Source of the DNA: Blastocatellia bacterium
GTDB taxonomy: Bacteria; Acidobacteriota; Blastocatellia; HR10; J050
Direction of reading: 5' to 3'
Assembly (NCBI GenBank): GCA_026985075.1
Contig: JALSQX010000053.1
Span: 92,773 to 156,772 of the forward strand
DNA: 64,000 nt
Shown: positions 27,906 through 38,656 of the stretch, piece by piece
Position numbering within the stretch: the first letter of the stretch is position 1
How the letters are laid out: each line of letters opens with the position of its first letter
Translations under genes and position numbers: made by a program
The notes under the pieces: model-generated
What the model saw: the letters and a program-made list of their open reading frames with translations, nothing else
Told to the model about the DNA's origin: nothing
Database searches by the model: none

Positions 27906-28311
27906 TCACATCTTCTCCGGCGCATGGTGAGCGCGGGAGAAGTGTTCGTGTACGATTTTCCAGGTGCCTTTTCGATTCACCAGGACATGTGTTCCTCGCC
28001 CCTCAATCCTGTGGCGCCGAGAGCCAGTCTTGAGGGTCACCGTCCAGTAGAAGCTGACAATGGCCGTGTCATCATACAACTGAACGACGGGCTTGGTGAT
28101 TCGGTATTGCACGGCCTCCGCCCGTTTCAGGTAATAGTCGAATGTTCGTCGCAGAGCAGCCCGGCCAGTGAGTCGTTCATGCTGAGTCGAGGAAAAGCAG
28201 ACGATGCCTTTATCGAAGAAGCTCAGCACCGTTTTCAGATCCCGCTCATTGAAGGCCGCGGCCTGCTTCTTTTCGATATCCCAGATCTCTCGTTCCACCT
28301 TGGTCATCATT
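27906..28311 (-). CDS. NTF2-like/SnoaL-like (DUF4440-type) small protein
   Basis: ATG ATG at 28311 is preceded by AGGAGG. NTF2-like pattern ending GTWKIVHEHFS. Confidence 0.55.
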
Positions 28312-28665
28312 CCCCTCCTTGGAAGCCCGGTCATGGTGTCGGGCGATTCATCCTCGTCGCTCGCCCCACGGAGGGCGCGCCGACGCATGATGTGCCATTT
28401 TCGCCTGTCGTGGCCACTGAAAGCCCATGAACGACGCCTCGTGAACAATCCCACCTCAGATCAACGCGAGCTCGCTTCACCCGAGACCCCGTCACTGTCG
28501 CCCCGCTCCCCAGGGGCTGTTGTAGACGTCATCCGCATGAGCGCTCTCTCCGAGAGGTCGTCTCGAGCTGGTGAATCATTTCGAGGAGATCGTGTCCATC
28601 GTCTCCGCCGCTAATCCAGGTTGCCCATCGCGTTGAGAGGCCAGGACTCCCCATGTCGTCCTCTC

Positions 28666-29562
28666 TCAGTCCCGATCCATCCACAATGACTGTGATGGTG
28701 ATTGACTCCAGGGTCCGATCAATCCGAAGGTGTCGCGATAGGCGATCGCCTGGGCACAGAGAATGAACGGAGCGCTGACAAAGAAACCGATCCCACAGGC
28801 GAGCAGACCGATGAATGACAGGATCTCGAAGATGAATCCGCACACCCAGAATGGCAGAGCATTCCGGCCGAACACCGCGCGAATCGCTTCATCGAGTGCG
28901 GCAGCTGTATCTCGCCGTCGCTCCAGGATGAGCGGATAGACGAACATAAACACCGCCCACACCAGAGGCGAGAGAACGAATGAGATGAGTCCGAATAGCG
29001 GGGAGCTCACCGTCACGGCACCCACTGAATACCGCACCGATGATCCCCCTCCCAGGACGCTCATCAGCACAGCATTGACCAGCCAAGCGAATGCGTTGGG
29101 CCAGAACCGATCTAGCCCTTTGAAGAGATCACCGACGCGAGGCCTCTCTCCCCGCATTGATTTGAACACCATATGATAGAATCCGGCCAGCAACGGTCCG
29201 GTCAGCACCGTCAAGGTGACCAATGATAAGAGCAGCATGACCAGGAATGCCATACTGAACGTTCCGGCATCGCGCTTATAAAGCTGCCACCCCTCAGAGA
29301 GCCACCTCCCCATGTCCACTGGCGTTTCTCCGGTCGCCGATGGCGGCGCCATGGGAGCATACGATGTTGGCGATTCCGGCGGCAGATAGGCCGGTCGCGT
29401 CACTCCTCCCGGAGCGTGCTGGGTGGCGCGATCTCTCTCGCTGAGTCGACGGGTGGGAGCTTCCTCCAGCGAGGCGGGCGCTTCCATCATGGGCGATCCA
29501 CAGCGAGTGCAAAAACGCGCCGTATCGGAAACCTCATGTCCACAGTTTGCGCATCTGGCCAT
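28666..29562 (-). CDS. Zinc-ribbon plus proline-rich linker plus DUF975-like polytopic membrane domain protein
   Basis: MARCANCGHEVSDTARFCTRCGSP zinc ribbon, a Pro-rich segment, then about 6 TM helices. ATG 29562 is preceded by GAGGAA. Confidence 0.6.
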   Translation of the reverse strand: MARCANCGHEVSDTARFCTRCGSPMMEAPASLEEAPTRRLSERDRATQHAPGGVTRPAYLPPESPTSYAPMAPPSATGETPVDMGRWLSEGWQLYKRDAGTFSMAFLVMLLLSLVTLTVLTGPLLAGFYHMVFKSMRGERPRVGDLFKGLDRFWPNAFAWLVNAVLMSVLGGGSSVRYSVGAVTVSSPLFGLISFVLSPLVWAVFMFVYPLILERRRDTAAALDEAIRAVFGRNALPFWVCGFIFEILSFIGLLACGIGFFVSAPFILCAQAIAYRDTFGLIGPWSQSPSQSLWMDRD

Positions 29563-29920
29563 CGTTCCTCCACGCTCTTCACCGTATTCTCGATTCTCGT
29601 ATAAATGCATTCTACACTATGATCCATTCACTCCCCAACCGTTATCGGCTGCCTCGACGCGTCGCCGGAAGCAGGGGACTTCAAAGGGGCGCCGGCGCGC
29701 GCCCGAAACATATGTTGGACACAACCGCTCCATCGCCATGCATCCTCAGAGAACAATACGTCTCCTGGTGGGAGATCGTTTCTCCCCATTCCCGATGGCC
29801 ACACCAGGCTGCCGCATCATGAGTCGCTCGCGGGCGATGACCCTCGATTCCAGAATTGGCGCACCGGCATTTGGCGAGGTATCATTCCTTCACCGACAAT
29901 GCCTGTAGGGGGGAGCGTCC

Positions 29921-30637
29921 ATGGTGCGATTCATTCCCGATTTCTCACAGCGCTCTACAGAGCGCGAGATCATGGATGGGGGAGAGTATACCGTCGAGGA
30001 AGCTCAGGGCGCCTATCGGGATTTGAGGCGCATCAATAGATATCTTGGCGGTCGAGCGGCCTTGCTCGGCCACCTCATGTCCCTCATCGCCACCTGTTCG
30101 TCGCGTCCGGTCACCATCTTGGACATCGGAACGGGTTCTGCCGATATTCCTCAAGCTGTGGTGCGAATGGCCCGTAAGAGAGCCATTGCTGTCCGCATCG
30201 TAGCCCTGGATGCCAACCCACTGGCCCTGGAGATGGCCTGCCAGGAAATCACTGCCTTTCCGGAGATCTCGCTGGTGCGCGCCGATGCTTTTCATTTGCC
30301 ATTCCCCGATCAGTCGTTCGATCTGGTCATGACGTCTGAATTCCTCCACCATCTGACCACCGAAGACGCCGTGGTGTTCCTTCATCGTCTCCATGGGATG
30401 GCCCGAGTCGCTTTTGTCATCAACGACCTGCGTCGTCATCCCATCCCCTATTACAGCTTCTGGTTGCTCTCACATCTGTTCACCAGAAATCGTCTCATTC
30501 GAAATGACGGACTGATCTCCATCCGGCGCGGGTTCACTCGGCGCGATGTGGATGAACTCAAGCGACGATCGGGATTGAGCGGGCTCTCCGCCTATTTTCA
30601 TTTTCCTTATCGGATTGTCATCGTAGGCCGACGATAA
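29921..30637 (+). CDS. Class I SAM-dependent methyltransferase
   Basis: Motif I ILDIGTGSADI and motif post-I VALDANP. Confidence 0.75.
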   Translation: MVRFIPDFSQRSTEREIMDGGEYTVEEAQGAYRDLRRINRYLGGRAALLGHLMSLIATCSSRPVTILDIGTGSADIPQAVVRMARKRAIAVRIVALDANPLALEMACQEITAFPEISLVRADAFHLPFPDQSFDLVMTSEFLHHLTTEDAVVFLHRLHGMARVAFVINDLRRHPIPYYSFWLLSHLFTRNRLIRNDGLISIRRGFTRRDVDELKRRSGLSGLSAYFHFPYRIVIVGRR

Positions 30638-30743
30638 CCGGAGGAACGATCGCATAAGACCATCCCCCCGGGCTTTGACAATCGAAGGGTCATTTCCGTA
30701 ATCTTTTCACTTTGACGAATCATCTCAGGGAGGACAGGCGCGT

Positions 30744-30977
30744 ATGCCACTCTATGAATATGAGTGCAAAAACTGTGGCACACGCTTCGAGCAATTGGTC
30801 TTCGACCGCCGGGCCAAGGTGACGTGCAAAGCCTGCGGCGGTCCAAAGGTCGTCCGCGTGGTGTCAACATTCGCCGTCGTCTCCCCCACGGTCGAGGCCT
30901 CCAGTCAGGCAGAGTCGGGACCGTGCGGCGTGTGTGGAGCACCGCAACGAGGGATGTGCGAGACGGCCGAGCAATGA
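30744..30977 (+). CDS. FmdB-family zinc-ribbon protein
   Basis: MPLYEYECKNCGTRFE...CKACGG, the characteristic FmdB CxxC...CxxC N-terminus. Confidence 0.7.
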   Translation: MPLYEYECKNCGTRFEQLVFDRRAKVTCKACGGPKVVRVVSTFAVVSPTVEASSQAESGPCGVCGAPQRGMCETAEQ

Positions 30978-30989
30978 GGAGATGTCCCC

Positions 30990-31997
30990 ATGCCAACGAT
31001 GAAAGCCATTCGCGTGGATGAATGGGGTGGACCGGAGGTCCTCCAGATGACCGACGTCCCCCAACCGAGCCCGGGTCCCGGTGAAGTCCTCATCCAGGTG
31101 GCGGCAGCCAGCGTCAATTACGCCGACACGATGCAGCGACGAGGCACCTACCCCGGTGGACCGGAACCGCCGTTCATTCCCGGTCTGGAAGTCGCCGGCC
31201 ACATCGTCGCCCGGGGCGATGGTGTCCATGACGTCGAAGAGGGTCAACCGGTCATGACGTTCACCGGAGGGCGCGGGTACGCGGAATTCGTCGTCGTTCC
31301 CGCTCACCTGGTCATGCCCTTGCCCGAAGGCTACCGTCTGGAAGAGGCGGCGGCCTTCCCTATCGTGTTCCTGACGGCTTATTTCGCCCTGAAGTCATTC
31401 GGTCGACTCACCGCCGGAGAATCGGTCTTGATTCATGCCGCTGCCGGTGGCGTCGGGACGGCCGCCGTTCAACTGGCCAAGCAGATGGGCGCCCGCGTCT
31501 TCGCCACGGCGAGCTCTGAGGAAAAACTCCAACGCGTTCGAGAGCTGGGCGCCGATGAACTCATCAACTATAAAGAGCAAGATTTCGCCGAGATCGTCCG
31601 CCGCATCACCGGTGGGCGGGGTGTTGATTTGATCCTGGAGATGGTCGGTGGCGAGGTGTTCCAGAAAAGTCTGGACGCTCTGGCGCCATTTGGCCGACTC
31701 GTGACCTATGGTATCGCCGGCGGCCGGCCAGCTCCGGTGACCAACCGACAACTCATCCTCAATAACCTCACTGTGGCTGGCGTCAATCTCAATTTGATCG
31801 CTCGCACGCCTCGACTGGCTACGACCATGCGGGAGCTGCTGGAGTTCATTCGAGGGACTCGGATTCGTCCCATTATCGGTCACACCTTTGAACTCGGCCA
31901 GGCCGCCGAAGCTCATCGCCTCCTGGAGAGCCGAGAGAGCTTCGGTAAGATCATCTTGAAACCCGGTCCTCCGGCATCGGCGACCACTCGTCAGTGA
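30990..31997 (+). CDS. NADPH:quinone oxidoreductase / zinc-type alcohol dehydrogenase-like (MDR superfamily)
   Basis: MKAIRVDEWGGPEVLQMTDVPQP...IHAAAGGVGTAAVQLAK cofactor-binding motif. Confidence 0.85.
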   Translation: MPTMKAIRVDEWGGPEVLQMTDVPQPSPGPGEVLIQVAAASVNYADTMQRRGTYPGGPEPPFIPGLEVAGHIVARGDGVHDVEEGQPVMTFTGGRGYAEFVVVPAHLVMPLPEGYRLEEAAAFPIVFLTAYFALKSFGRLTAGESVLIHAAAGGVGTAAVQLAKQMGARVFATASSEEKLQRVRELGADELINYKEQDFAEIVRRITGGRGVDLILEMVGGEVFQKSLDALAPFGRLVTYGIAGGRPAPVTNRQLILNNLTVAGVNLNLIARTPRLATTMRELLEFIRGTRIRPIIGHTFELGQAAEAHRLLESRESFGKIILKPGPPASATTRQ

Positions 31998-32056
31998 TCG
32001 CCGGGGGCGCCTGGTCGAATGACGTGGTGATCATCGAGTCCCAATCGTCGACGACG

Positions 32057-32785
32057 ATGCACCTGAAAAATAAAGTGGCGCTCATCACCGGCGCGTCGCG
32101 CGGGATTGGCCGGGCGATGGCGCGACGCTTCGCCGATGAAGGGGCTGATCTCATCATCTGCGCCCGTCACCGGGAAGCGCTGCTGGAGGTGGCGCGGGAT
32201 ATTGAGAGCCGAGGAGGGCGCGTCATCGCCCGAGCAGCGGATGTCGGCGACCGCCAGGACGTTCATCGATTGGTGGCAATGGCCCTGGAGACGTTTCATC
32301 GCATCGATGTGCTGGTCAACAATGCCAGTATCCTCGGACCTCGCGTGGAACTGGTGGCATATCCTTACGAGGAGTGGGAACGCGTGCTTCGCATCAACCT
32401 GACGGGGACATTTCTCATCACGCAAGCCGTCGCTCCGCATATGATGGAGCGGAAATGTGGTTCTATCATCAACGTCAGCTCCGGCGTGGGCGTGGAGGGG
32501 CGACCGCGCTGGGGAGCGTACTCGGTATCCAAATTCGGCGTAGAAGCTCTGACGCAGATCTGGTCACAAGAGTTGCGCCCCTATCATGTTCGCGTCAACG
32601 TGGTCAATCCCGGTCGAGTGAGAACGGAGATGCGACGGGCCGCGTATCCGGACGAAGATCCCAACACCTTGCCGCGACCAGAAGAGATCCTCGGCGTGTT
32701 CGTTTACTTGGCGTCTGATGAGAGTCGCGCCATTACCGGTCAGCGATTCCAGGCACAGGAGTTCAAATGGCCGAAGACAGAGTGA
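32057..32785 (+). CDS. Short-chain dehydrogenase/reductase (SDR)
   Basis: TGASRGIGRA Rossmann motif, NNAS, and catalytic YSVSK (YxxxK). Confidence 0.85.
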   Translation: MHLKNKVALITGASRGIGRAMARRFADEGADLIICARHREALLEVARDIESRGGRVIARAADVGDRQDVHRLVAMALETFHRIDVLVNNASILGPRVELVAYPYEEWERVLRINLTGTFLITQAVAPHMMERKCGSIINVSSGVGVEGRPRWGAYSVSKFGVEALTQIWSQELRPYHVRVNVVNPGRVRTEMRRAAYPDEDPNTLPRPEEILGVFVYLASDESRAITGQRFQAQEFKWPKTE

Positions 32786-32867
32786 AGCGGCGAACGGCGT
32801 TGACGCGCCGCCACGACGATGTCCGTACCGATCTTGAGGAGAACATCAACCTGACAAGGAGGGAACT

Positions 32868-33362
32868 ATGAGCCTGATCGAACCCATCTTGATGGAACTT
32901 TCACAAGAAGCGGAGACCACGCGGAAGATGCTGGAACGCGTGCCCCCGGAGCATCTCGGTTGGAAACCCCACGAAAAATCGATGAGCCTGGCCCGCCTGG
33001 CCACGCACATCGCTGAAATCCCCGGATGGGCGCCCATCGTCCTCCAGCAGGACGCTTTCGTCCTGAGCGATGAGTATACGCCAGCGGTGGCTGGCGATGT
33101 GGCCGAGCTGCTGGAAATGTTCGACAAGAACGTGGCCGCCGCCGCCGAAGCGATGAGAGATCAACCCGACGAGCGCCTGCTGGCCACCTGGCAGCTCAAG
33201 CGCGGCGACGAGGTGTTGCTGGAGATGCCGCGCGTGGCGGCCATTCGCGGATTGCTGCTCAATCACATGATCCATCACCGAGGGCAACTCTCCGTCTATC
33301 TGCGGTTGAAGAACGTGCCGCTGCCGCCGGTATATGGACCGACGGCCGACGAGGGGATCTGA
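32868..33362 (+). CDS. DinB/YfiT-like (DinB_2 superfamily) putative metal-dependent hydrolase/transferase
   Basis: Four-helix DinB-like pattern with conserved His (ATHIAEIPGW...MIHHRGQLSVYLRL). Confidence 0.7.
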   Translation: MSLIEPILMELSQEAETTRKMLERVPPEHLGWKPHEKSMSLARLATHIAEIPGWAPIVLQQDAFVLSDEYTPAVAGDVAELLEMFDKNVAAAAEAMRDQPDERLLATWQLKRGDEVLLEMPRVAAIRGLLLNHMIHHRGQLSVYLRLKNVPLPPVYGPTADEGI

Positions 33363-33499
33363 CGCCCGATCCGATGAGCGCGCGTCAGAGGAGAGCCGGA
33401 CAGGGGGCGCCGTCCGTCCAGATCGGCGCTCCCCCTGCTGGAAAAGGCCGCGTTCCTCGTGATAGTATTGAAGCTCTGAGGCAGCGGAGACGCGAGACC

Positions 33500-34366
33500 A
33501 TGGTGATCAAAGTGGGGTTGGGACAGATCAAACCGGTTCTGGGCGATGTCAGACGCAACCTGGAAACGCATCTCAAAGTGATCGAACAAGCGGCGGCCGC
33601 CCATGTCGATTTGCTCGTGTTTCCCGAACTCTCACTGACCGGATATTACCTCCAGGATCTCGTCCCGGAGGTGGCCCTCGATCCGGGAAACTCCGACGTG
33701 CTCCAGCAACTGATCGACCTCAGCCACCGCACCAATGTGGACCTCGTCGTCGGCTTCGTCGAAGTCGCCGCCGATTATCGCTTCTTCAACTCCGCGGCTT
33801 ACTTGAGTCAAGGGCGACTCGTGCACATTCATCGAAAAATTTACCTCCCCACATATGGCATGTTTGATGAGAGTCGCTATCTGGCGGCGGGCGAGGTGCT
33901 GCGGGCGTTCGACACCCGATTCGGCCGCATGGGCATTTTGATCTGCGAGGACCTCTGGCATCCCTCCACTCTCTATCTCATGGCCCACGATGGAGCTCAT
34001 GTCCTCATCGCCGTATCGGCCAGCCCGGGACGCGGTCTGCGGCGTCCTGACCAACTGGGGAGCGCCCACGCTTGGGAATCCATCAACCGCTCGGCGGCGC
34101 AGTCCTACATGCTCTATGTCGTCTATGTCAATCGCGTGGGTTTCGAAGATGGAGCCATGTTTTCCGGTGGCTCGGAACTCGTCGATCCGTTTGGTCGCTG
34201 CCTGGTGAAGGCCAAGACGTTCGATGAAGATCTCTGCTTCGGCGAGATCGATGCTCTGGAAGTGCGCCGCGCGCGCACGCTCTATCCCCTGCTTCGGGAT
34301 GAGCGATTGGATCTGACCTTACGGGAGCTTCAGCGCATTTACGCTCGACGGCATCAGTTGGAGTGA
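33500..34366 (+). CDS. Carbon-nitrogen hydrolase (nitrilase superfamily); putative glutaminase subunit of NAD+ synthetase
   Basis: Catalytic E-K-C triad contexts (VFPELSLTGY; HRKIYLP; ILICEDLWHP). The gene ends 9 nt before nadE. Confidence 0.8.
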   Translation: MVIKVGLGQIKPVLGDVRRNLETHLKVIEQAAAAHVDLLVFPELSLTGYYLQDLVPEVALDPGNSDVLQQLIDLSHRTNVDLVVGFVEVAADYRFFNSAAYLSQGRLVHIHRKIYLPTYGMFDESRYLAAGEVLRAFDTRFGRMGILICEDLWHPSTLYLMAHDGAHVLIAVSASPGRGLRRPDQLGSAHAWESINRSAAQSYMLYVVYVNRVGFEDGAMFSGGSELVDPFGRCLVKAKTFDEDLCFGEIDALEVRRARTLYPLLRDERLDLTLRELQRIYARRHQLE

Positions 34367-34375
34367 GTCCATCTA

Positions 34376-35217
34376 TGATGGTTCAAGATCCGGACACACC
34401 GGTGGAAAAATTCAATCCGGCGTTGGCCACGGAATCCATCACCCGATTCATTCGCGATGAGGTGACCAAAGTTGGATTCACTCGCGGCGTCGTCGGCGTC
34501 TCGGGCGGCATCGACTCGGCGGTGGTCGCCTTTCTGACGGCGCGGGCATTGGGCGCGGAGAATACCTACTGCATTTCGATGCCCTATAAGAAGCACGACC
34601 CTTCAGCACGAGCCGATGCTGAAGCGATTGCCCACGCCTTGGGGGCGCCTTTCCAGACGGTCGATATCGCTCCCATGGTCGATGCCTATTTCGCTCACTT
34701 CCCCGAAGCCGATCACATCCGGCGCGGCAACGTCATGGCGCGTATGCGCATGATCGTGCTCTATGATCTGTCGCGCGTCCATCGAGCTCTGGTCATCGGC
34801 ACCAGCAATAAGACCGAGGCGCTGATCGGTTACACGACCCTCTGGGGTGATATGGCGGCGGCGATGTGGCCGATCGGCGACATTTATAAGACGGAAGTGC
34901 GCATTCTGGCTCGCTTTCTCGGCGTACCCGAACGCATCGTCTCCAAACCGCCCACGGCGGGGCTCTGGGAGGGGCAAACCGACGAAGGCGAACTGGGCCT
35001 GTCCTACGAAGAGATCGATGCTATCCTGGTGGAACTCGTGGATAAGCGCATCCCCAAGGATGTCCTTCCCGAGCGCGGATTCGACCGGGAGAAGGTCGAG
35101 CGCGTCTACGAGATGATGCGCGCTTCTCAATTCAAGCGCCGTATGCCGCTGCTGCCCAAAGTCTCCACCCGCTCGATCAATCACGACTTCAAGTATAAGC
35201 GCGATTGGGGGCGCTGA
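34376..35217 (+). CDS. nadE: NAD+ synthetase (NadE, PP-loop ATP pyrophosphatase)
   Basis: PP-loop GVSGGIDSAV and the NadE-family C-terminal region. An alternative start at 34363 would overlap the upstream gene. Confidence 0.85.
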
Positions 35218-35350
35218 GGGGCGGGCGCGGTGAGATAGACGTGATGAAGCCATAGAGGCACTCATTCGTCGTCGATATGATCATCGGGAGAACTGTCGAG
35301 TGTGAACCAGTGATGATCGTTTATCGCTCTCGTTGAGGAGCTATGTCGCT

Positions 35351-36862
35351 ATGGAGATGGTGAGCATGCGCGAACATCCCTTTCGCTTCGGGCTTCTGCT
35401 GATCGGCGCGATGTGGGGCCTCTCCGGTTTCGTTTGCTCTCGGACCGGCGTCGCCATGACGCCGGGGCAGCAGACATCATCAGCGTCGAGCGAGCGAGGA
35501 AGGTGGATCACCGGCTCGGTCATCGATGTGACGAGCGGTCGGGCGATTGCCGGTGCACGCATTGAGCTCTTCAAGCGCATTGTGGACGTGCGCCCGGATG
35601 GAATAGAACGACTCAGATCGCTCTCGGCATCCATCCCACTCGGCGCGACGTCCACGGACGATGAGGGGCGATTCGTCTTCCGGCTGCCCTTGAGAACTCC
35701 GGCGCGTTTTCTTGCGCTCTCCATTCGCGCCGAAGGGTACTGGAGACGATGGATCGCTTTGATCGGCGCAGACGCCGGTCCTGTTGAGCCCATCGATGTG
35801 GAACTGGTGAGAGTCGATCTCTCTCGGCGGGAACTCGCGCTCTGGGCGCGGCGACAGGAACGATTGAAGCGGCGGCTCTATCAACAGAATCCATCTTTCG
35901 ATCAAGCGGTGGACGTCCGGACCTGGTTCGCGCCGCCACCGACGCCGCCCGTGAAGAGGGATATGCCGCTCGCCCAAGACCATCCGACCTATCCGGTCCC
36001 CGATGACGTGTACGTCGTCGATCTGGCCGGATTCACCGGGTTCATCAATCTGGACGAGTTCATCGCCGGTGTGGTGTCGATCGAGATGGGCGATGGCTTC
36101 CCCTTCGAGGCTCTGAAAGCGCAGGCCGTCGCGGCCAGGAGTTTCGCTCTGGAGCGATTCCATCGCACGGGCGTGGCCAATGGCGGACAGGCGTATACGC
36201 CGCGCATCGGCAGCAAGAGCCTCACGGCCACCATCAATACGAGCAAAGTCGTCATGCTCTATGACGAGGACGTGATCGTGGCTCTGTTCTCCGCCCGGTG
36301 TAACGGAGACTTCACGTTGAACAGCGAACACGGTCTGTCAGGAACATCAACCTGCATCGTGGGTGGTTTGGGAGTCGGTCGATTGCCGTATGCTCGTTCC
36401 CGTCCATGCAGTGGGCACATCAACTGCTCGCAGACCGCCGAGCGGTGCTGCGAGGTCTTCGTCGAAGGGCGACTCCAATACATCCATGGACATGGCGTGG
36501 GACTCTGCCAGCGAGGTGCTCAGGAGTTTGCCGGGCGCGATGGCTGGGATTGGCGAGACATTCTCACCGACTATTATACGGACATCGCCCTGGCCAATGC
36601 GCCCGGGCTCACCATCGGCGTGACCGTCACCACGACGGCGAATCTCAACGTGAGGGAGACGCCGTGCGGTCGTCGCCTGACCACTGTGCCCCGTGGGACG
36701 CGTGGCGTGATCATTAACGGTCCTGAGCGTCCCTTTTGCGATCTGGCCGCCCCCTATTCATTCTTCACCTGGTGGCAGGTGGTTTATGAAAACGGGGCCC
36801 TCGGATGGTCCGTCGAGGATTATCTGCGGAAAACGAGCGTCCCAGACTCCCTGAAAGAGTGA
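35351..36862 (+). CDS. SpoIID/LytB-domain protein with N-terminal carboxypeptidase-regulatory-like and C-terminal SH3b-like domains
   Basis: SpoIID/LytB core FIAGVVSIEMGDGFPFEALKAQAVAARSFAL. N-terminal GSVIDVTSGRAIAGARIEL resembles a CarboxypepD_reg fold. C-terminal NLNVRETPCGRRLTTVPRGTRGVI resembles SH3b. Confidence 0.7.
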   Translation: MEMVSMREHPFRFGLLLIGAMWGLSGFVCSRTGVAMTPGQQTSSASSERGRWITGSVIDVTSGRAIAGARIELFKRIVDVRPDGIERLRSLSASIPLGATSTDDEGRFVFRLPLRTPARFLALSIRAEGYWRRWIALIGADAGPVEPIDVELVRVDLSRRELALWARRQERLKRRLYQQNPSFDQAVDVRTWFAPPPTPPVKRDMPLAQDHPTYPVPDDVYVVDLAGFTGFINLDEFIAGVVSIEMGDGFPFEALKAQAVAARSFALERFHRTGVANGGQAYTPRIGSKSLTATINTSKVVMLYDEDVIVALFSARCNGDFTLNSEHGLSGTSTCIVGGLGVGRLPYARSRPCSGHINCSQTAERCCEVFVEGRLQYIHGHGVGLCQRGAQEFAGRDGWDWRDILTDYYTDIALANAPGLTIGVTVTTTANLNVRETPCGRRLTTVPRGTRGVIINGPERPFCDLAAPYSFFTWWQVVYENGALGWSVEDYLRKTSVPDSLKE

Positions 36863-36930
36863 GCCGACGTGCTCGCCATCCCGAGGGCGATGAGACGCCG
36901 CACCTCCCTACGGGTGAACGGGAATGCGCC

Positions 36931-37467
36931 TCAAAAGATTCGCTTGGTCCTCGTCCAGATCTCATGGAGCCAGTCGGTGAGCGTATGCGATGCGGCCCCC
37001 CACCAGAGTCCGAAAAATGCGGCCACGAGATAGCGGTGATCGGTCGCTCGCCACACTCTCCATATCCGCTTGCCCAACCGGGCGAGATCGGGGTGGACCT
37101 GGATGTGCGGATCGAGCCAGTGATTGAGGAATGAGAGCACGCCGACGAGCAAAATGAGCATGATGACGAAATAGAGCACGCGGATGGCCGTCCCCAAGAT
37201 GATGCCATGAGAGAGGCGCGACCGATGCCGGAAAATGAACTGATAGGGCCACCAGATGAATCGGAATGGGCCCCAACGAGCGTACTGTTTGCTTTCGATG
37301 TCCAGATCGGGACCGAACATGAATCCGGCAAAGAGCATCGCTCCCGTGGTCACGATCGAGAGGTCGAGGCTCCCGGTGATGCCGAGAGCGACGAGGAACG
37401 TAGGAGGCGCCAGAATCAACGTGATCGCGTCGTGTATTCTTGCCGACGGCATAAAAACGCTGGACAA
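36931..37467 (-). CDS. Small polytopic membrane protein, putative metal-dependent hydrolase-like (DUF2227/YdjM-like)
   Basis: 4-5 TM helices with conserved His/Asp positions ([20 protein letters not shown]). Family assignment is tentative. Confidence 0.45.
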   Translation of the reverse strand: MSSVFMPSARIHDAITLILAPPTFLVALGITGSLDLSIVTTGAMLFAGFMFGPDLDIESKQYARWGPFRFIWWPYQFIFRHRSRLSHGIILGTAIRVLYFVIMLILLVGVLSFLNHWLDPHIQVHPDLARLGKRIWRVWRATDHRYLVAAFFGLWWGAASHTLTDWLHEIWTRTKRIF

Positions 37468-37529
37468 TTATTCTGCCACACTCATACAGTGAGCGAAAGT
37501 TCCCAGCGTGGTCGATCATCGAGTTTGTC

Positions 37530-38624
37530 ATGAGCCACCGCCGATTCAACATCGATGTCCTCGACGTGCTCCTCGTTTTCGTCCCGGTGAGCCTCATTTT
37601 GCACCTGCTCCACATTGATCCCGTCTGGGTGTTCGTCACTTCGGCATTGGCCATCATCCCACTGGCCGGTCTGATGGGCAGAGCGACCGAACGTCTCGCC
37701 GAACGGGTGGGCGCCGGCTGGGGTGGTGTGCTCAATGCCTCGTTGGGAAACGCCGCTGAACTCATCATCGCCGTGATGGCGCTCCGCGCCGGATTACACG
37801 ATGTGGTGAAAGCGTCCATCACCGGCTCGATCATCGGCAATGTCCTGTTGGTACTGGGCCTCAGCTTCCTCATCGGCGGCTTGCGGTTCCACCGTCAGAC
37901 ATTCAATCGGACGGCGGCGGGCATGGGGGCAACACTATTGGCACTGAGCGCCATTGCTCTGCTCGTGCCAGCCATTTTCCACTTCATCGTGCGGGGGCAT
38001 CCGCAGGCTCACGAACAGGAACTCAGTTTCGAGATCGCCGTGGTGCTGTTCATCACCTATCTGTTGAGCCTGGTCTTCACATTGCGAACCCACAAGCATT
38101 TGTATGGTCAAGCGCTCCCTTCCACCCAGGATGATCCCACTGGCCGGACTGAATGGAGCAACGGGCGATCCCTGATCGTTCTTCTGGTAGCGACCGCTCT
38201 GGTTGTGCTCATGAGCGAGCTCCTCGTCGATGCCGTTCGGCCCGCGGCCGCAGCTCTGGGCATGACCGAAGTATTCATCGGCGTGATTCTGGTGGCCATC
38301 ATCGGGAACGCCGCCGAGCACAGTACGGCTGTGCTCATGGCGGCCAGGAATCACATGGATCTGGCTCTCCACATTGCCGTAGGCTCGAGCATCCAAATCG
38401 CCCTGTTCGTGGCACCCGTCCTGGTGTTCCTGAGCTATTCGTTCGGCCCGCCGATGAATTTGATCTTCACGACGTTCGAGGTCGTGTCGGTGGCCGTCTC
38501 GGTGGGCATCGTCAGTCTGGTGGCCATGGATGGGGAATCCAACTGGATGGAAGGAGTGCAACTGTTGGCCGTCTATGCGATCCTCGCTCTGGCTTTTTAC
38601 TTTCTCCCCTCGCCCCAGGTATAA
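37530..38624 (+). CDS. Ca2+/H+ antiporter (CaCA family, ChaA/Cax)
   Basis: Two alpha-repeats with GNAAE motifs ([13 protein letters not shown]; [13 protein letters not shown]). Confidence 0.85.
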   Translation: MSHRRFNIDVLDVLLVFVPVSLILHLLHIDPVWVFVTSALAIIPLAGLMGRATERLAERVGAGWGGVLNASLGNAAELIIAVMALRAGLHDVVKASITGSIIGNVLLVLGLSFLIGGLRFHRQTFNRTAAGMGATLLALSAIALLVPAIFHFIVRGHPQAHEQELSFEIAVVLFITYLLSLVFTLRTHKHLYGQALPSTQDDPTGRTEWSNGRSLIVLLVATALVVLMSELLVDAVRPAAAALGMTEVFIGVILVAIIGNAAEHSTAVLMAARNHMDLALHIAVGSSIQIALFVAPVLVFLSYSFGPPMNLIFTTFEVVSVAVSVGIVSLVAMDGESNWMEGVQLLAVYAILALAFYFLPSPQV

Positions 38625-38656
38625 TGTGCCTCTGTAATGACCCGGGAAACGCGCTC

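Noticed and set aside
36962-37873. 303-aa ORF spanning the DUF2227-like and cax genes in another frame
   Set aside because: Overlaps two better-supported genes and has a low-complexity sequence.
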